64,000 nucleotides of DNA from Podarcis bocagei. Taxonomy: Eukaryota. The notes below the pieces were generated by a model. The model was not told where the DNA came from. It did not search any database and worked only from the letters and a program-made list of their open reading frames with translations. The stretch is taken from NCBI GenBank assembly GCA_964188305.1, contig OZ076894.1; one strand, 5' to 3'. Of the stretch, positions 23,419-37,877 are shown piece by piece; within the stretch, counting starts at the first letter, position 1, and the number at the start of each line of letters is the position of its first letter. The position numbers were made by a program, and so were the translations under genes.

Positions 23419-24791
23419 TTATATATATCTGTTGTAAGGCCCTGTAACCCGTGTAAAGGCATATGGAGATGTGGTAACCGTGGAGTTTGTGGTGAGAGAC
23501 ATGGTCCTTTGTGCAAGAGACCTGATGAAACGCATGTAGGTTGGCTCCAAATTCTCATTCAGTTCAGCCGGCTCCCGCTTCACTTTTTTGCCATGCACTT
23601 TCTGAGGCACATAATCCGGACCGTACTTTTCGCAGTCCTCCTCTTTCTCCCTCGCCTTCTCCGCCATCTTTGCCTCCCACAAAGCTAGGCCGTGCTTTGG
23701 CTCGTTCATGCTTTTGTGCTGGTAGAAGACGAGCGATATCCTTGTGGGGTGGTTCCTGTTTGGGTTCTTCAGCGGGGTTGTCGCGTGGAGCTCACGTTTC
23801 GCGCACTCTATGAGAATTGACCCGTGCGAGGGGGCGACCGCCACGCCACCTATATCTGGATCCAGAAAGCTCTGCTCATTGTCTGACCAGACGTCATCGG
23901 GATCTTCTGGCGGGAGCACCTCAGTTTTATTTGCGCCTTCTTGGGAAGCAGTCTGATTGTGGTTAAGACCTGGAAGCATGTTTGACAACCCATTTTGGTT
24001 ATTCTTGTTCTGGAGGTGGAGTGGATGAGCAGGGCCACTGAACACGCCTGCGGCAGGGTGGTAGTCATGTGTTAAGTGCGGAGGGGGGTAGAGATGGTCA
24101 CCATTTTTATTCATGTAGTCCACACTTGGATTATTTAGATTTGATTTCAGTCTAGAGGCGATGTCCATAAAAGGACCATCAGCCTCATGTGTGGGGTAAG
24201 GAGGGAAGGAACCTGCATGCTGAATATTTGGTCTAATTGTGCAACTGTTGAGCGCATCTACCTGCACATTTTGGTTTCCATAGTTCAAGTACCTGGGCCC
24301 ATAGTTCTGGTTGTTTCCAAACCTATGCTGATATAATGTATGAATTGGAGGTAGACTTAGCTTAGATAGAGAGTCTTGGCTCTGATACCTAAACAAGTCC
24401 ATATGCTGAGGCTGAGACGAATAGGAGTTGTAGTAGGAGGAACAGTTCTCCAGAGGCAAGTTTCCGTTGCATTGATAATGGGGATATTGGTTATTTTGAC
24501 CCAAGTGTACAGAATAGGGATTCATGAGACCAGGAGAATTCAAATAGGCTCCTGCAGGTTGCGAAGACGTTGGGTAGATATTCATGGGGCTGGACCCACC
24601 ATAAGGATCTGAGGCATGTGAAGAGTTTGGATATGGGTTGGCTGGATTTGGCAAACCCATGTAGAGGTTTGTGGGACCTGAAGCAGTGTATGAGTTGATG
24701 TGGTTTGACTGAGGTTTAGTAGGGAGGGCATGATGTGGATGTTGGTAGAGCTTCTGCTGTGACATGGCTGGTCCTGAAAGACGTAACAGAT
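23419..24791 (-). CDS. TET2: TET2 last coding exon (exon 11) with distal His and 2-oxoglutarate-binding RxS
   Basis: ccacag|AT CTG TTA; contains [37 protein letters not shown], ends VTGPYNRYI*; the nine exons sum to 5901 nt = 1966 aa + stop. Confidence 0.97.
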
Positions 24792-25672
24792 CTGTGGAAG
24801 GGGAAAGAGAGAGAGGAAGAAATAGCTTTAAGAGGTAAGAACACCAATTATCACAGGTGCAGGAATCATTTTCTGGCTTCTTGTGTATTAGGAGAGGCAC
24901 TGCTACTCCAACCCCTCAAAGATGTTGGTGCAGCTCAGCACAGGAGAGTTCTCCCCTACTATTAAGAACATAAATAATACCACCACGGGTCAGTCCAAAG
25001 GCCCATCTGCTCCAATATTTTGTTCTCACGGTGGCCAATGAGATGCCCGTGGAAATCCCACAAGCAGAATAAGGAGACAATAGCATTCTCCTACTTGTGC
25101 TCTTCGGTGACTGTTATTCAAGAGGCGCATGCTGTCTTGGATACTGGAGATAACATTTCACCATCGTGACCAGGAGCAACTGATAGCCTTATCAGTGTAT
25201 CTAAGGCTGTGCACGCATTGCCAGCTAGGCTGCTCTCGCTCTCTCTTTTTAAAAAAACAATTTTCATTAAAGATTTTCTTCGTTTACAAAAGTGTGTGCA
25301 TTGTCTCTTTTCAGGTTGTGTTTTCTACATTTCAATTATATTTGTTGTGAGACATTGGTGTTATATGCAGTATAAAGTTGGGGAAGAAAAGGGGGAGGGG
25401 AGAAAAAGATGACCTTTTTCTCAATTATGATCGAAGCTGATTTAGAGAGAATGCATGAATATGCAGAATTTCATAACAAACAGCAGGATAGCTATGGATT
25501 ATGGCTAATGTCATGCACATACCGCTTCCCAAATCAGCAATGAGAGCACACTGGTTATAAAGAGCAGTAGAGCAGTGTGTACACAGCCTAATTCCCCCTT
25601 TTAAACCTGCTGGTGATTGCAATCACCAAATCTTACAGTCGTTAATTCCATAACTCAAGCCATATGCTATGT

Positions 25673-25868
25673 CAGTGGTTCCCAATTAACTAAGTAGTGT
25701 GGACCCCTTGTTTTTCAAAAGCCAAACCGTGGACCTCCTACTTTTGAGATCTTCAAAGATATTTTGAGATATCTATGGCAGTTTTTGATATGTGAATGGT
25801 GCCATTGACCCCCTAAGTGGGTTCTGTGGACCCCCTGGGGTCTGTGGACCACCAATTGGGAACCATTG
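25673..25868. mobile_element. hAT-type MITE
   Basis: cagtggttcccaatt ... aattgggaaccattg, exact 8-bp TSD TGCTATGT. Confidence 0.85.
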
Positions 25869-26202
25869 TGCTATGTGAATAAGTACATTCTTTTGTTTGT
25901 TTTGAAGATCCCAACATTCAGCCTCTGGATTCTAGCATTATGAGAGTGGAAGAAGATCTCCCTAGTCATTCTCTCCACACCACTTATAATCTTGACTTTC
26001 TTTCCTTGCTTTCTTTCTAAGCCCAAACTTCCCCCAAATGAGCAACCTTTTCTCATAGGTGTTCCAGACCCTTGATAATTTTGGCTGCCCCTTTCTGTGC
26101 CTTTTCCATCTATTGAAGAGAAAGCAGGGATGCTGCCTCTTCCCAGCACAGCCCTAAGAATGTATCATAAGATCACCCCTTGCCAGGTCACACCATCTAT
26201 CC

Positions 26203-26521
26203 CAGGGGTCAGCAACCTTTTTCAGCCGTGGGCCGGTCCACCATCTCTCAGACCATGTGGTGGGCCAGACTATATTGGGGGGGGGGATGAACGAATTCCT
26301 ATGTCCCACAAATAACCCAGAGATGCATTTTAAATAAAAGCACACATTCTACACATGTAAAAACACCAGGCAGGCCCCACAAATAACCCAGAGATGCATT
26401 TTAATTAAAAGGACACATTCTACTCATGTAAAAACAAGCTGATTCCTGGACCGTCTGCCGGCTGGATTGAGAAGACGATTGGGCTGCATCCGGCGCACGG
26501 GCCTTAGGTTGCCTGCCCCTG
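26203..26521. mobile_element. hAT (Charlie-like) MITE
   Basis: caggggtcagcaacct ... aggttgcctgcccctg, TSD atctat(c/g)c; internal direct repeat cccacaaataacccagagatgcatttt. Confidence 0.85.
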
Positions 26522-27666
26522 ATCTATGCCAACATCCTGTTCCCACAATGGCCAACAGGATGCTTATATAAAGCCTGCAGGTAGTCCATCTCCCAGTTCT
26601 CAGAGGTGGTTTTCAAGGACTCAAGGAGGCTGCAGGAGAGAAAGAAAGCCCCACTGCTTGCTTTTCTCTGGAATGAACTGTCTGTGACCTCCACAACGTA
26701 AGTGCAACACAACCACCCCAAACCCTTCTGCCTAGCAAGTTGTTAAGTACGGTTTGTCTTGTGAGAGTAAGAAAGTAAGCAAGGAAAAGTTAAAGAAGAG
26801 GAACCCCACTGTTTGTATTTCTCCGTGCTTGACATGGCTAGGGAAAGAACATCCTTAGGAGATTGTATACACACAGCTTTTTGCAGCTTATGTCTTGTTT
26901 GCCCACAGAAAAAAAATAGGAACCCTGAAGGCTGTAAGGGCATTTCTGCGCACTAAGAGGTTGTTCAGTCTTCATACTTATTCAAGAGGCCCATTCGGAT
27001 AGAAACCTAAGGGCCAAAATGTATATGTTAAATGCATTATTGCTATTCTCCCCCAGGGTAGCTGTAATAGGTGGGGAAGGACAACATAAACCTTAAAAGC
27101 TCCCCTCTCAAATGACGCTACTTACACTGGAATGAAAGCTCCCACTAGATGCATTTTTAAATATATATATATATGTTTAAGATCACAGTAAGATTGGCCC
27201 TAAATAACCTCTTGAATTATTTACTTCTAACATACTTTTCACATGCTTTATCAAGGAAAAGGCAATGGAATTGCTGGGTGGCCCATCGGCTGCCTCCATC
27301 TGCACATCAGGTGAATGCTTCAGGAAAGCTGCTGCCAGTCAAAATAGGCGTTATTAGGCGATGGAGAAGAACACATTTCCTGAATTGGTATAAGCAAGTA
27401 TGTTTAAACAACTATGGGTTGAGGTCTATAGCTTGAATCAAACACCACTTTGGTGTAAGGAAAGGCAGTATACGAATACCTTAAATAACTGAAACGTCGT
27501 CTACATATATTTTGAGGTTGTTCACTGAACTATAGAAGACACTAAAAGCTGAACACATGCACTGCCTGCCACCTAACCTGCCTCACCCTTATCTTGAGTG
27601 TAAATAATACAAGCGGCACAGGAAATAGAACCATGAACCATGGTGCGTACTCATTACAAACCATAC

Positions 27667-28027
27667 CTGCTAACTGCTTTGCATGACCCGATGCTTCTGA
27701 GATGGCCTGCTTTTGGCGTGCTGCGGTTGACTTCTCTCTCTCGTGTTTGCTTGACCCATTATCCATAGCAGCAAGCTTCTCAGTGGCTGCTTTCTTAGCT
27801 TCCAACTTTTTTTGCCGGCAAGTCTTAACTGGCTCAGAAAGCATCCTTACTTTTCTCCGGAAGGAGCTAAGGACCTGGATGCTGCCGTTCCGTTTTTTCT
27901 CTTCCTGACCTTCTGCACTTCCGAACTCGTCCACGTTGGAGATTTTGTACAAAGGGAGCACATGCAATTGCTCATCTTCGGGCGTCTGGCCAATTTCACG
28001 ATTGTCTTCTCTGGTGAGCGTACAGAC
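27667..28027 (-). CDS. TET2: TET2 exon 10
   Basis: 361 nt; [11 protein letters not shown]...[11 protein letters not shown]...AKQLA, donor G|gtatgg. Confidence 0.96.
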
Positions 28028-29087
28028 CTGTTAAAAGAAGGAATGTCCTCTTAGCATGACAAGAACACAAAGGTCTGTCGTATGGTATGTGCTTCTAATG
28101 GGCTTATTTGCTTTATTATCCCATCTTTTCTGCAACAAGGGCAAGGTGGCATTCTCTCAACAGCTCTGTGAAGCAGGTTAGACTGAGAGAGTGGGGGCCA
28201 CAACAGCAGTGGTGAAATATGACCGATCTTCAGGTGAGTCAGAAAGCAAAGTGATGTCCAAGAAAGGGGAGGAGCTCACATCCAGTCAAGGGTGACATAT
28301 CTGCCTCTTCAAATGACTGAAGCATAGCAACACCCACCTAGTGCCATTCCGGCGCCCACTCGAGAACTATTGATGGATTTATTTACTACATTTATATCCC
28401 ACCTTTCCTCCAAGGAGCTGAAGATGGCATTCATGGTTCTCCCCCTCTTCATTTTAAGCTCACAACAACCCTGTGAGGTAGGACAGGCTGAAAATTTGTG
28501 ACTGGCCCAAAGTCACCCAGTGGGGATTTGAACCCTGGTCTCTTGGGTCTTAGTCCAACACTCTAACCATTACACCACCCTGGCTGTCTTTAGAAGGTTT
28601 ACTGAGGACCCGTAGTGATAAAGGGAGAGAAGGGACACTGGATTAGTTGGCATACCCAAAACATGCTGTTGGGAGTTGAAGCACACGACTTTCTGAGAAA
28701 GTCCTTTGGTTTTCTCAGCTTTAAAGGAATGTGCTTCCCTCTGCCTCCAGCTGGGAACTTTAAGAGTCTCAGGATTCAAATGAAGATGTCAGATTCTGCA
28801 CTTTTTGCAAGTTAAACGTCCCATTCAGGAGCTGATTATAACCACATAGCTCTTGAGCTTTCCTAGTCTTATATTGTTTCACTGTGTATAATAAAAGCAA
28901 GGCTAGGAGCAAGGATTTTAAGAATGAACCCTGGGAATCTCCATCATCTTTTAATTAAAAGTCTGGAGGGCTTCACATTCCTCTTCATATAAGCATTTTG
29001 TCGTTCTCTCTCCCTATCCCCACCCCCCCAACAGCCATCATGTGCCAATTTAATAGAAATACAGATTATGAAAAAATAATGAACTTA

Positions 29088-29303
<216 letters not shown>

Positions 29304-30188
29304 TTACTGAAACAGTCTAATTTATCTGCTGTATTATCCCAGAGGAAATCATAGTCTCAGCTGTGTTGAATTTTTTTTGACCTAGCTGGATTATTTTGAT
29401 TTGTCATGTGGAGTGCAGGGGCCAAGTAAGCTCTCTGGGGGTATATCCATTACAGCGTTGAAGTCAAAACCTTGTAGGGCAAAGACAGTGACGGAAGACC
29501 ACCAGACTCCCTGAAGTCAGCACTGCTAATGAACTACCAAGTATAAGACCTCAGGGATGGCCCAATGAGGAGGCAGAATGAGACAATGATGTCAGGCATA
29601 TGGAAGTGGCAAACTGGCTCCCTTAGACCTCCTCCTTAACTCATTACTGGTCAGGTAGGCTTGGCAATGCATTCTGGGTAAGGTGACCTGGAGAATGCCA
29701 GTGGCACTGCTTTCTGTAGCAGCTAGGAAGCCTGCTTAAACTTTTTTTTAAAAAAGGTGCTTGTTGCAGCTTACAAGAAACTGTAATTTTGTTAGTGGGC
29801 TTTCTACATGCCATGTCAAGCCTGAGGAATCTTTCCCTCCCCTCCCGGTGGTTCAAGAAGCCAGGAGAAAACAAGAAAGTATGATTTATTTGGTCACTGC
29901 AGTAACAGATGAAGAATTCCCCGTTCGCATCCCGAACGGAATGCAAGACACGACGGCGCATCCGCGGGTTGCGTTTTGCCACTACCGCACATGTGCGTAA
30001 CGTCATTTTGAGCGTCTGCGCATGCACAAGTGGCAAAACCCAGAAGTAATGCGCTCCGGTACTTCCGGGTTGCTCCGGAGTGCAACTCGAACGTGCTCAA
30101 CCTGAAGCGCATTCAACTCGAGGTATGACTATACAGGAGGAAAGAATCAGCAGCATTAAAGAACCCCAGTCTTTGGGTTCCCACATTG

Positions 30189-30379
30189 CAGGGGTGCCAA
30201 CTTGAATAAAATATTGAGGGGCCCAGGTAAGCCCTGCCTCACATAATTGAACACAGGATGTGGTGCATGCACACCACTTGAATGGCAATGCACATCAACT
30301 CTGGGGCAGGGGCCTCGGGCCCTTCAAATATTTTAGGGAGGGACGAAGGGACCTCGGCCCCTAGGAAGTGGCTCCTATG
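30189..30379. mobile_element. hAT-type MITE, degraded
   Basis: caggggtgccaact ... agtggctcctatg; partial TSD ccacattg/ccactttt. Confidence 0.6.
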
Positions 30380-31075
30380 CCACTTTTGTGCAGAATTTGA
30401 TGGATTTTAAAAAATATCTATTTAATAGAGATTATGGGATAGTATTAGATGTGTGTTGTAATCAATGTATTGGGGCAGTTCAAAGTATATAAGGAGCATC
30501 TCATGGAGTGACGTACGGTGTGAAATGAAAAAATCCCAACCTAAGTTTACTAGCAGAGTTAATTTTTTGGACCACTGCAATCAGTGCCATGAAGAACACG
30601 CAAGGCAAACTGCTGCCAGAAGCTGAGGAATTCTGGTGTGGGAAAGATCTGAACCTTGGGAAGTCCTGGGGAAGTCTTTCTTGGGGATTTGGCCATTACT
30701 TTCAATACAAGATCAGAAGAGGTCCCAAATAACTCCTTAAGATGTTTCATCCATTGTTCGGCTTCACATAATTAGAAGTAATTTTTATCCCACTTTCCTC
30801 CATTATCATAAGTACATTTACAACAATTCTAATTTGCATTAGTCACAGCACACAGTGATCTTAGGAGTAGTAGCTATTTCTAACTAATTACTCTAAAATA
30901 AGAAGCATGGGGTGTTTAAATGCACTCTAAAGATGTCTTTCAAGCTTTTTTTAAACTTCAGATTCCCAAGGTCTCTGCCAAAGACTTATTATTATAATGA
31001 AACTTAATGTGATTGCAAAATAAATCAGGTTGTTTTAGTGTTGATAACTAGCACCCCATCCATTTTTTAGCCTAC

Positions 31076-31165
31076 CTGGTTGTTATACGCATCAGGTGCC
31101 AGTTTCTTGTAAGTGGGTGCCATCAGAGTCGAGAGAGTTTGCAAATTGGACTCCAGCTTTTCTTC
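31076..31165 (-). CDS. TET2: TET2 exon 8
   Basis: 90 nt; [30 protein letters not shown]. Confidence 0.97.
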
Positions 31166-31306
31166 CTGTTTTTCAGTAAAGGAGAGATTTTGCGTGTTAA
31201 CATTCAACTGTATTAAGTTTACATTGTAGTCCTAATTATCCATTACAAGCCAAAAAAAGGGGAGATGGAACAGAGATATTGCAATAAAGTTATTGCAGAT
31301 ACAATA

Positions 31307-31660
31307 CAGTGGTGCCCCGCAAGACGAATGCCCCACAAGACGAAAAACTCGCTAGACGAAAGTGTTTTGCGGTTTTTGAGCTGCTTCGCAAGACGAATTT
31401 CCCTATGGGCTTGCTTCGCAAGACGAAAACGTCTTGCGTTTTTTGCAAGTTTGTTTCCTTTTTCTTAACACCGTTAATACAGTTGCGACTTGACTTCGAG
31501 GAGCAACTCATAGAACGTGGTGTGGTAGCCTTTTTTGAGGTTTTTGGTGATTTTTGAAGCTTTTCCAAAACTTTTCCAACACTGTGCTTCGCAAGACGAA
31601 AAATTCGCTAGACGAAAAAACTCGTGGAACGAATTAATTTCGTCTTGCGAGGCACCACTG
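31307..31660. mobile_element. Tc1/mariner-type MITE with reiterated GCAAGACGAA motifs
   Basis: TA|cagtggtgccccgcaagacgaa ... ttcgtcttgcgaggcaccactg|TA. Confidence 0.88.
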
Positions 31661-32634
31661 TATTCAATGCTAGTAAATTGGGGAAACACAGAGGAAAGTT
31701 AAGGTTATAAAACAGAGGAATTTTGAATTTGCAAATGAACCAGGGAAACTGCTGGCTTGGCAGCTTAAAAAATGAATGAAGGGGGAATGGAGAAAAGATG
31801 AAAAGTGTGTTTCTGTGCATGAGAAGGGGAAGGAGGGAGGGAAAGGGTATTCCGCTCACTTCTGACTTTGAGTCCACCCATTAGCTGCATTCAGGCCCTG
31901 ACCACTTCCCCCTAAAGGAACGCAGCCCCTGACTTCAGAAAGGTTCCTCGCCTTCCTGCGTCAGACAGAAGAGGTAGATGGAAACACTTAGAAATAAATG
32001 CCATTCTAGGGTGGAATGTTGTACTTAAGACCATCATCTGACACTGTGAGTCATTTTAAAAAATTGAGTCTCATCTTATCATTCATTCATTCATTCCCAA
32101 CCCTTTTTCCTGACAAAGACTCAAGGCAGCTTACTGATAAAAACAAAAACAGCTAAAATCATAGGGGGGGGGACCAATAATTTAAAAACAATTAAACATG
32201 GATAGGATTAACATAATAGATAGATAATTTAAGGATCTTTACAATTTTATAATATGCAGAGAATAATACATGTTGAAATACCAGAGAGAGGAGCTGAGGG
32301 AAGTCTGGGGGGGGGGTGGTTTTATCTTGGGGAGGGAAAAATGGGGGGGGGATGAAGATGATATGTTTTTGATAATTTGTTATGTTGAAATTCCTAATAA
32401 AAACTATAAAAAACTCTATATAATCTATTGAAACCATGCAAAGGATTACAATAAGAAAGCACCAGCCTTTATATTCAAAGCAGTCAGTTCCAACAAGAAC
32501 ACCTGCACCTGCTGGCAGAAGGACAACAACGAGGGAGCCCGTCTTAACACCTCTAGGGTGGGGGTTCTAAAGTCTGGGAGCAGCTACCTCAACTAGAATA
32601 GAAATGCTTGAGAGAGTGCCACACATGCCACCTA

Positions 32635-32829
<195 letters not shown>

Positions 32830-33178
32830 CTAAAAGCATAGTGTGGACACCTGCAAAGAAGCCCTGCCTGGAATTTTTTTTGCACATCATAATGTTTTTG
32901 CAGCTATATGCACTAAGCCCAACTTCTGCACTCCCTGAAGAAAGAACCCTTCAACAGGCCTTTAATAAAAGTTTGTAGGAAAGGAGAGCCGCCCTTTGTC
33001 CATGTGTCTAAGGAAGTCTTGGCCATGATATTGTTGCAACCAGAGCTAACAGCAGCCAACTGATCACCTTCTATGAAAAGCCTTTAGTAATACCAAGAGT
33101 GGCTGTAAGTGAAGTCAATTGCTTGTGTTCTACCTTCATCTATAGATATTTGATACAGAAGCAAAACAACAACCTTCT

Positions 33179-33221
<43 letters not shown>

Positions 33222-33484
33222 TGGTTTTCTTACAAGCTTCTGAAAACCAGCAGTTCACATTAAGGTTGCAATTCCATACATACTGTGAAGAAGTACCGCT
33301 CAACTCAATGGGACTTGTTTCTGTGTATTCATACATAGTATTGCACTGTAAACAATTACTTTATTAAAAAATGGAAACCAAAGGAAGGCACCTTAGCTCT
33401 GAATTATATTGAATAGGTCCAGAGATCCCATGAGTGGTGGGACACTCATGAAATGCTTCAGCTGATAGAAGGAGGTAAGGTGAT

Positions 33485-33829
33485 CACGGACGCGGACTTA
33501 TAAAAAATATTGGGGGGGGCCTGGGAAAGCTCATGAATAATAAATAAGCTCATGAATATGCAAATAAAGTGGCGCCGCCTCCTCGTGAGCGAATAGGGGA
33601 GAGCGTGCTGCGCCTATTAATCAGCTCCGGAGCGGAAATTGGGTGGAGCTTTTGCTCGGGAGGGAGGGCAGGAGGCATGCAGCCCGATCCTGTGCATTTT
33701 GGGCTGGGGGAGGGGCGGCGATGGCGCTCTGCTGGAGGGGCGCCGGAGATTATTGGGGGGCAGAGCCCCCCCAAACGAATTTTTGAGGGGGCTCGGGCCC
33801 CCTCAAGCCCCATGGAGTCGGCACCTATG
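33485..33829. mobile_element. GC-rich hAT-type element
   Basis: Exact 8-bp TSD AAGGTGAT (33477-84, 33830-37); degraded TIRs cacggacgcggact / agtcggcacctatg. Confidence 0.78.
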
Positions 33830-34361
33830 AAGGTGATGTCTACTGACTCTCTTCCTGCAACACCTCCACTTCCCAAATTTTATCCCAGTGGTTTTGCGAG
33901 ACACCCAGAACATTATGGGCACAAGCCTGCTGGGGGGCTGCAGAGGGAAAGGAGAATGGTCCCAAATCACCTCCATCTCTTTCCATCTGTAGGAGGACCT
34001 GCAGATCAAAAAACCCTTCTGCAAACAGAAGGACCTCACCTGTTTGTGGAAAGGCCATGCTGGAGCCAATCCTACATATTCACAAAATTCTAATACAACT
34101 GGGCCAGTCGTGCAAACCCAGTACACCATTTTTACCATGCCTTGGAAAGAGGTACCTTGCTGTAGGGTATTCTTATTGGTCTTCTATGGTCCTGTCTTTG
34201 TTGGTATTGCAATGGGTCTTGTTAAAAGCCACCAAAGCACATGGCCAGTTGAGCCATACAACAATCCCACCTGTCTCACTAAAACTGTGTAGCTATTCAG
34301 GGCACTGAAGATGTATAATAAACACATAGTAAGGGCTAATTTGGAAAGACAGTTTATGTCT

Positions 34362-34478
34362 TAGGGAAGCTTTTAATGTTTAATAGATTATTGTATTTTA
34401 ATATTATGTTGGAAGCCGCCCAGAGTGGCTGGGGAAACCCAGCCAGATGGGTGGGGTATAAATAATAAATTATTATTA
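34362..34478 (+). mobile_element. Extreme 3' end of the same L2 family as 4991-5820
   Basis: Near-identical to 5679-5790, (TTA)n tail, TSD TTATGTCT (34354-61, 34479-86). Confidence 0.8.
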
Positions 34479-35180
34479 TTATGTCTATTGGAATACATTT
34501 CCATGAAACCATATGAGTTCCTTAGGAAAAGTGGGAGGGGAACACCCAACAGGAAGTTGTCTTCATAATATGACTGGGGCTGCTAAAAATACATTCTCCT
34601 CCCACTAAGAATCCTGGGAAGTGTAGTCTACCCTTCCCAGAGCTGCAGTTCCCAGCACCCCAACAAACTTCCCAATATCCTTTTTTGTGTAGAGGGGGAA
34701 ATGTGTTTTAAATGTATGGCAGGTATGCAGACTGGGTAACTTCATTGAGCTAGGCACCACAAATGAAGCTTGCTCCCTATATGGTACTCTGTGTACTGGG
34801 CAGAATTTGTTGCAAGAACTTTGCTGCAGCAAGGAACATTAAAAGAATCATGGTAGACATGGAACTAGACTCCAACCACTCATGCATATTGTCATGGCAT
34901 AGTCCCAAAAGGGGTGTGCTACAGAACTGAACGTGATGGGAACTGTGGCAATGATAGAAGGGAGGTGAAATGGGCTCTCTTTTAAACAAAGACAACTTTC
35001 TTGGTTACTGACAACATAAGGACAATAACCTCAGTGAGACCAATGACTGATGTCAGCTAAAAAAATGAAAAGAAGAACATAGGATGCATGACTTTAGTCG
35101 GAATTATTGTTCCTTAAATCTAGGCATTCAAGTTATAGCAAGATCACATTTTGAGAGAAACAAGTACATACTTCACTTAC

Positions 35181-35389
35181 TCTTCATTTAGAGCACAGCG
35201 ACGGTTTGTTAGCGTGCCATACTTCCTTAAAGTTTCGGAGAGTTCGGAATACAGCTTGTCTGCTAGGCTTCGAGAAATTCCTTCCCACACCAAGATAAGC
35301 ACTACTATCACTGCCGTTTCACAGCTGTGGCCTGCACGTTCCCGTACCAAACAAAGGAGTTTTTCTTCAGTGCTACTTCTACGAATCAC
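35181..35389 (-). CDS. TET2: TET2 exon 6
   Basis: 209 nt; [24 protein letters not shown]...TNRRCALNE(E). Confidence 0.97.
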
Positions 35390-35996
35390 CTGCAAATACA
35401 CCCCCCAAAGAAGTTTTCTGGTTTTTAGTGAGATGCAAAATATGATAGAATGTCTGTTTAAGGAAAACATTTATGCTCATATCCAGTCTGCCTGTAGCAC
35501 AGTTTACTGCAGTGTTGTGCGCAGAAGGTTTTAGGTTCAATCCCTGTGATCTCAAAGTACGGCTGGGAAAGACCCCTGCCTGAGATATTAGATAGATGTC
35601 AATCAGAACAGACAAGACTGGGTTAGATGGATCAGCACCCTAAATAAATACAAGGCATTTCCCAACTTTGGGAGGCCTTTAATTGGAGGTACATTTTCAA
35701 AATACTAGACTTTCCTTAGCTCAGTCCAGTACTATTACTAGGTTACATTTCATCTTTGTATACATTTTGTTTTGCAAATTTTGCAGTCTGTGTTTGGTAT
35801 TTTTTTATATATATAAACTCATTTCAAAGTTATAATACCTCTTTTGACATCTATCCTAGGTCAGAGGCTTAAAAAAATATCAAAATGGTAATATTCTCTT
35901 TTAAAATGATCTGCATATTTACAGCAAACAAATACTAGTATTCTTTCTTAAACTTAAAAAATATATTTTATATGATCAAGTGGGGAAAAGGCTTAC

Positions 35997-36090
35997 CCAT
36001 TTAGCTATAGGACATCCTTGGGCACTTTTGCCTTCTTTCCCCGTATAGACAATCCTCTCTATCCTTATGGCTTTGCCTTTCTGTCCATAC
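35997..36090 (-). CDS. TET2: TET2 exon 5
   Basis: 94 nt, ag|..|gtaag; [31 protein letters not shown]. Confidence 0.97.
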
Positions 36091-36595
36091 CTTTAAAAAT
36101 CCAGACAAATGAATTAAAGTAAGTATTAACATTTGATCTGAGCAACAGAGATTCACATGCAGTGTGTGTGTATATATATAGAGAGAGAGACAGAGAGTCG
36201 AGTCAGTCTTGTGCCATTATTTGTCCATTCTACATCTGATAATCTAGTGTTTTATCATATCCAACGTATATGGAAATGTAAGTATGCAGAGGAAAAGGAG
36301 GCAACGTCTTGAAAAAAGGTGGACTATGCTTTAAATTTGCCGCTAGGTGAACAAAGGCCTTCTTAAATTGGTGTTGAAGAGAAACAAGACCTAGAGTCCA
36401 GAATTTAGCTAATTTCAATTATATGTGTCTTACATATAATGAAATATCATCCGCATATAGCATTTGTTTGGCTGCCACTTGATTCTAACAACACAGAACA
36501 GGGGGGAAAACTCACCCCGGCATAAAAAAGGGTACTATGCTGTAGAAATAATGACCAAGTTTCCAAGCCAAAGCTGGTCATTTATTCCTTTATTG

Positions 36596-36731
36596 CAGGC
36601 ATCTCCAACCTTTGGCCCTCCAGATGTTTTGGACTACAATTCCCATCATCCCTGACCACAGGTCCTGTTAGCTAGGGATCATGGGAGTTGTAGGCCAAAA
36701 CATCTGGAGGGCCGCAGGTTGGGGATCCCTG
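36596..36731. mobile_element. Short palindromic hAT-type MITE (gactacaactcccatca family)
   Basis: Whole element is a hairpin; TSD ctttat(t/g)g; relatives at ~1372-1605 (two), ~10226-10320, ~16075-16190, ~19640-19760, ~40250-40390 and 55115-55252. Confidence 0.82.
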
Positions 36732-37162
36732 CTTTATGGAATTCAATGGATGGTACTAGATTCCTTAGTGTAAATAAGCAGAAGGAAGATGAACTCTTAA
36801 TTGTGTTGTGGTTTTTGTTTTGTTTTGGTGGAGTAGCCTGCTTGAGGTTTTCTTTCCTTGAGCTGCATATGCCTTTTGCCATCTCCCCTATGTACCTTGG
36901 CATGTGTAGTGGCCCGACTGGGAATGCTAGGTCCTTTCCTGCTTTTACAGTCAATGCCAATTCGCTAATTTGGCAGGCTGGCCCTGTTGCTGGCATCTGC
37001 CTCAGAGCAGGAAGATCAGGACAGCAAGCCAGCCGAACTGTCAAATGTTGTCGTCCTCCAGTGAATAGCACAGTGCCCTGTGTTGGCAAAGCAGGAATAG
37101 CCAGCCTACCAAATAATTACTTGGGAGTCTGCAATTGTGGTCTTCTTTGTGTGCAAAGACCG

Positions 37163-37165
<3 letters not shown>

Positions 37166-37242
<77 letters not shown>
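37166..37242. repeat. Compound (GT)n(GA)n microsatellite 65 nt downstream of the TET2 exon 4 donor
   Basis: Direct reading. Confidence 0.95.
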
Positions 37243-37244
<2 letters not shown>

Positions 37245-37305
37245 TAAATCCTGACATGCACAATAGATAAATTTTAATCTGCCGTGTGCCTTAGCAAATT
37301 CATTA

Positions 37306-37401
<96 letters not shown>

Positions 37402-37778
37402 TTAAAAACAAACAAACAAACAAAAAGGTTAACGCTGTATGCTTTTGAAGATGTCTTTAAAAGATATTACATAGTAAAGCATAGGTTCACCTTATACACA
37501 TATTTTGCTCACTTCAGGAAAAAATTCTAAATGAAATCTGTAACAAGACCTGTTTGCACTACACATATGAGTAACACCAACCCCAAAGACTCTTGGCAGG
37601 TCATCTGTGCACCAGATCATTCATGGACTGATAGTAGGGCTAGGGGAAGAGTTACTATTTTCACTTGGGAATCGTTTTTTTTAAAAAAAACTTTAAAAAT
37701 GCAAATAGGGAATTATTGTACCAAACAAGAGAGTGAGCAATATTTGGGGCAGTTCTAATGCATAATGCCAGATGAATG

Positions 37779-37832
<54 letters not shown>

Positions 37833-37877
37833 GGTTTTGGTGTCTTCGGGTGTCTTCCCGTGTAAGAGTTGGGGTGT

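Noticed and set aside
24792-24900. First ~36 aa of the 493-aa ORF
   Set aside because: Intronic polypyrimidine region upstream of the ccacag acceptor at 24791
31307-31660. CRISPR-like array from repeated GCAAGACGAA units
   Set aside because: Units are 10 nt, irregularly spaced, inside TIRs with a TA TSD; eukaryotic MITE, no cas genes
33569-34093. 174-aa ORF and other short ORFs in the track
   Set aside because: They overlap GC-rich MITEs, SINEs, microsatellites or TET2 antisense frames and show no recognisable domain
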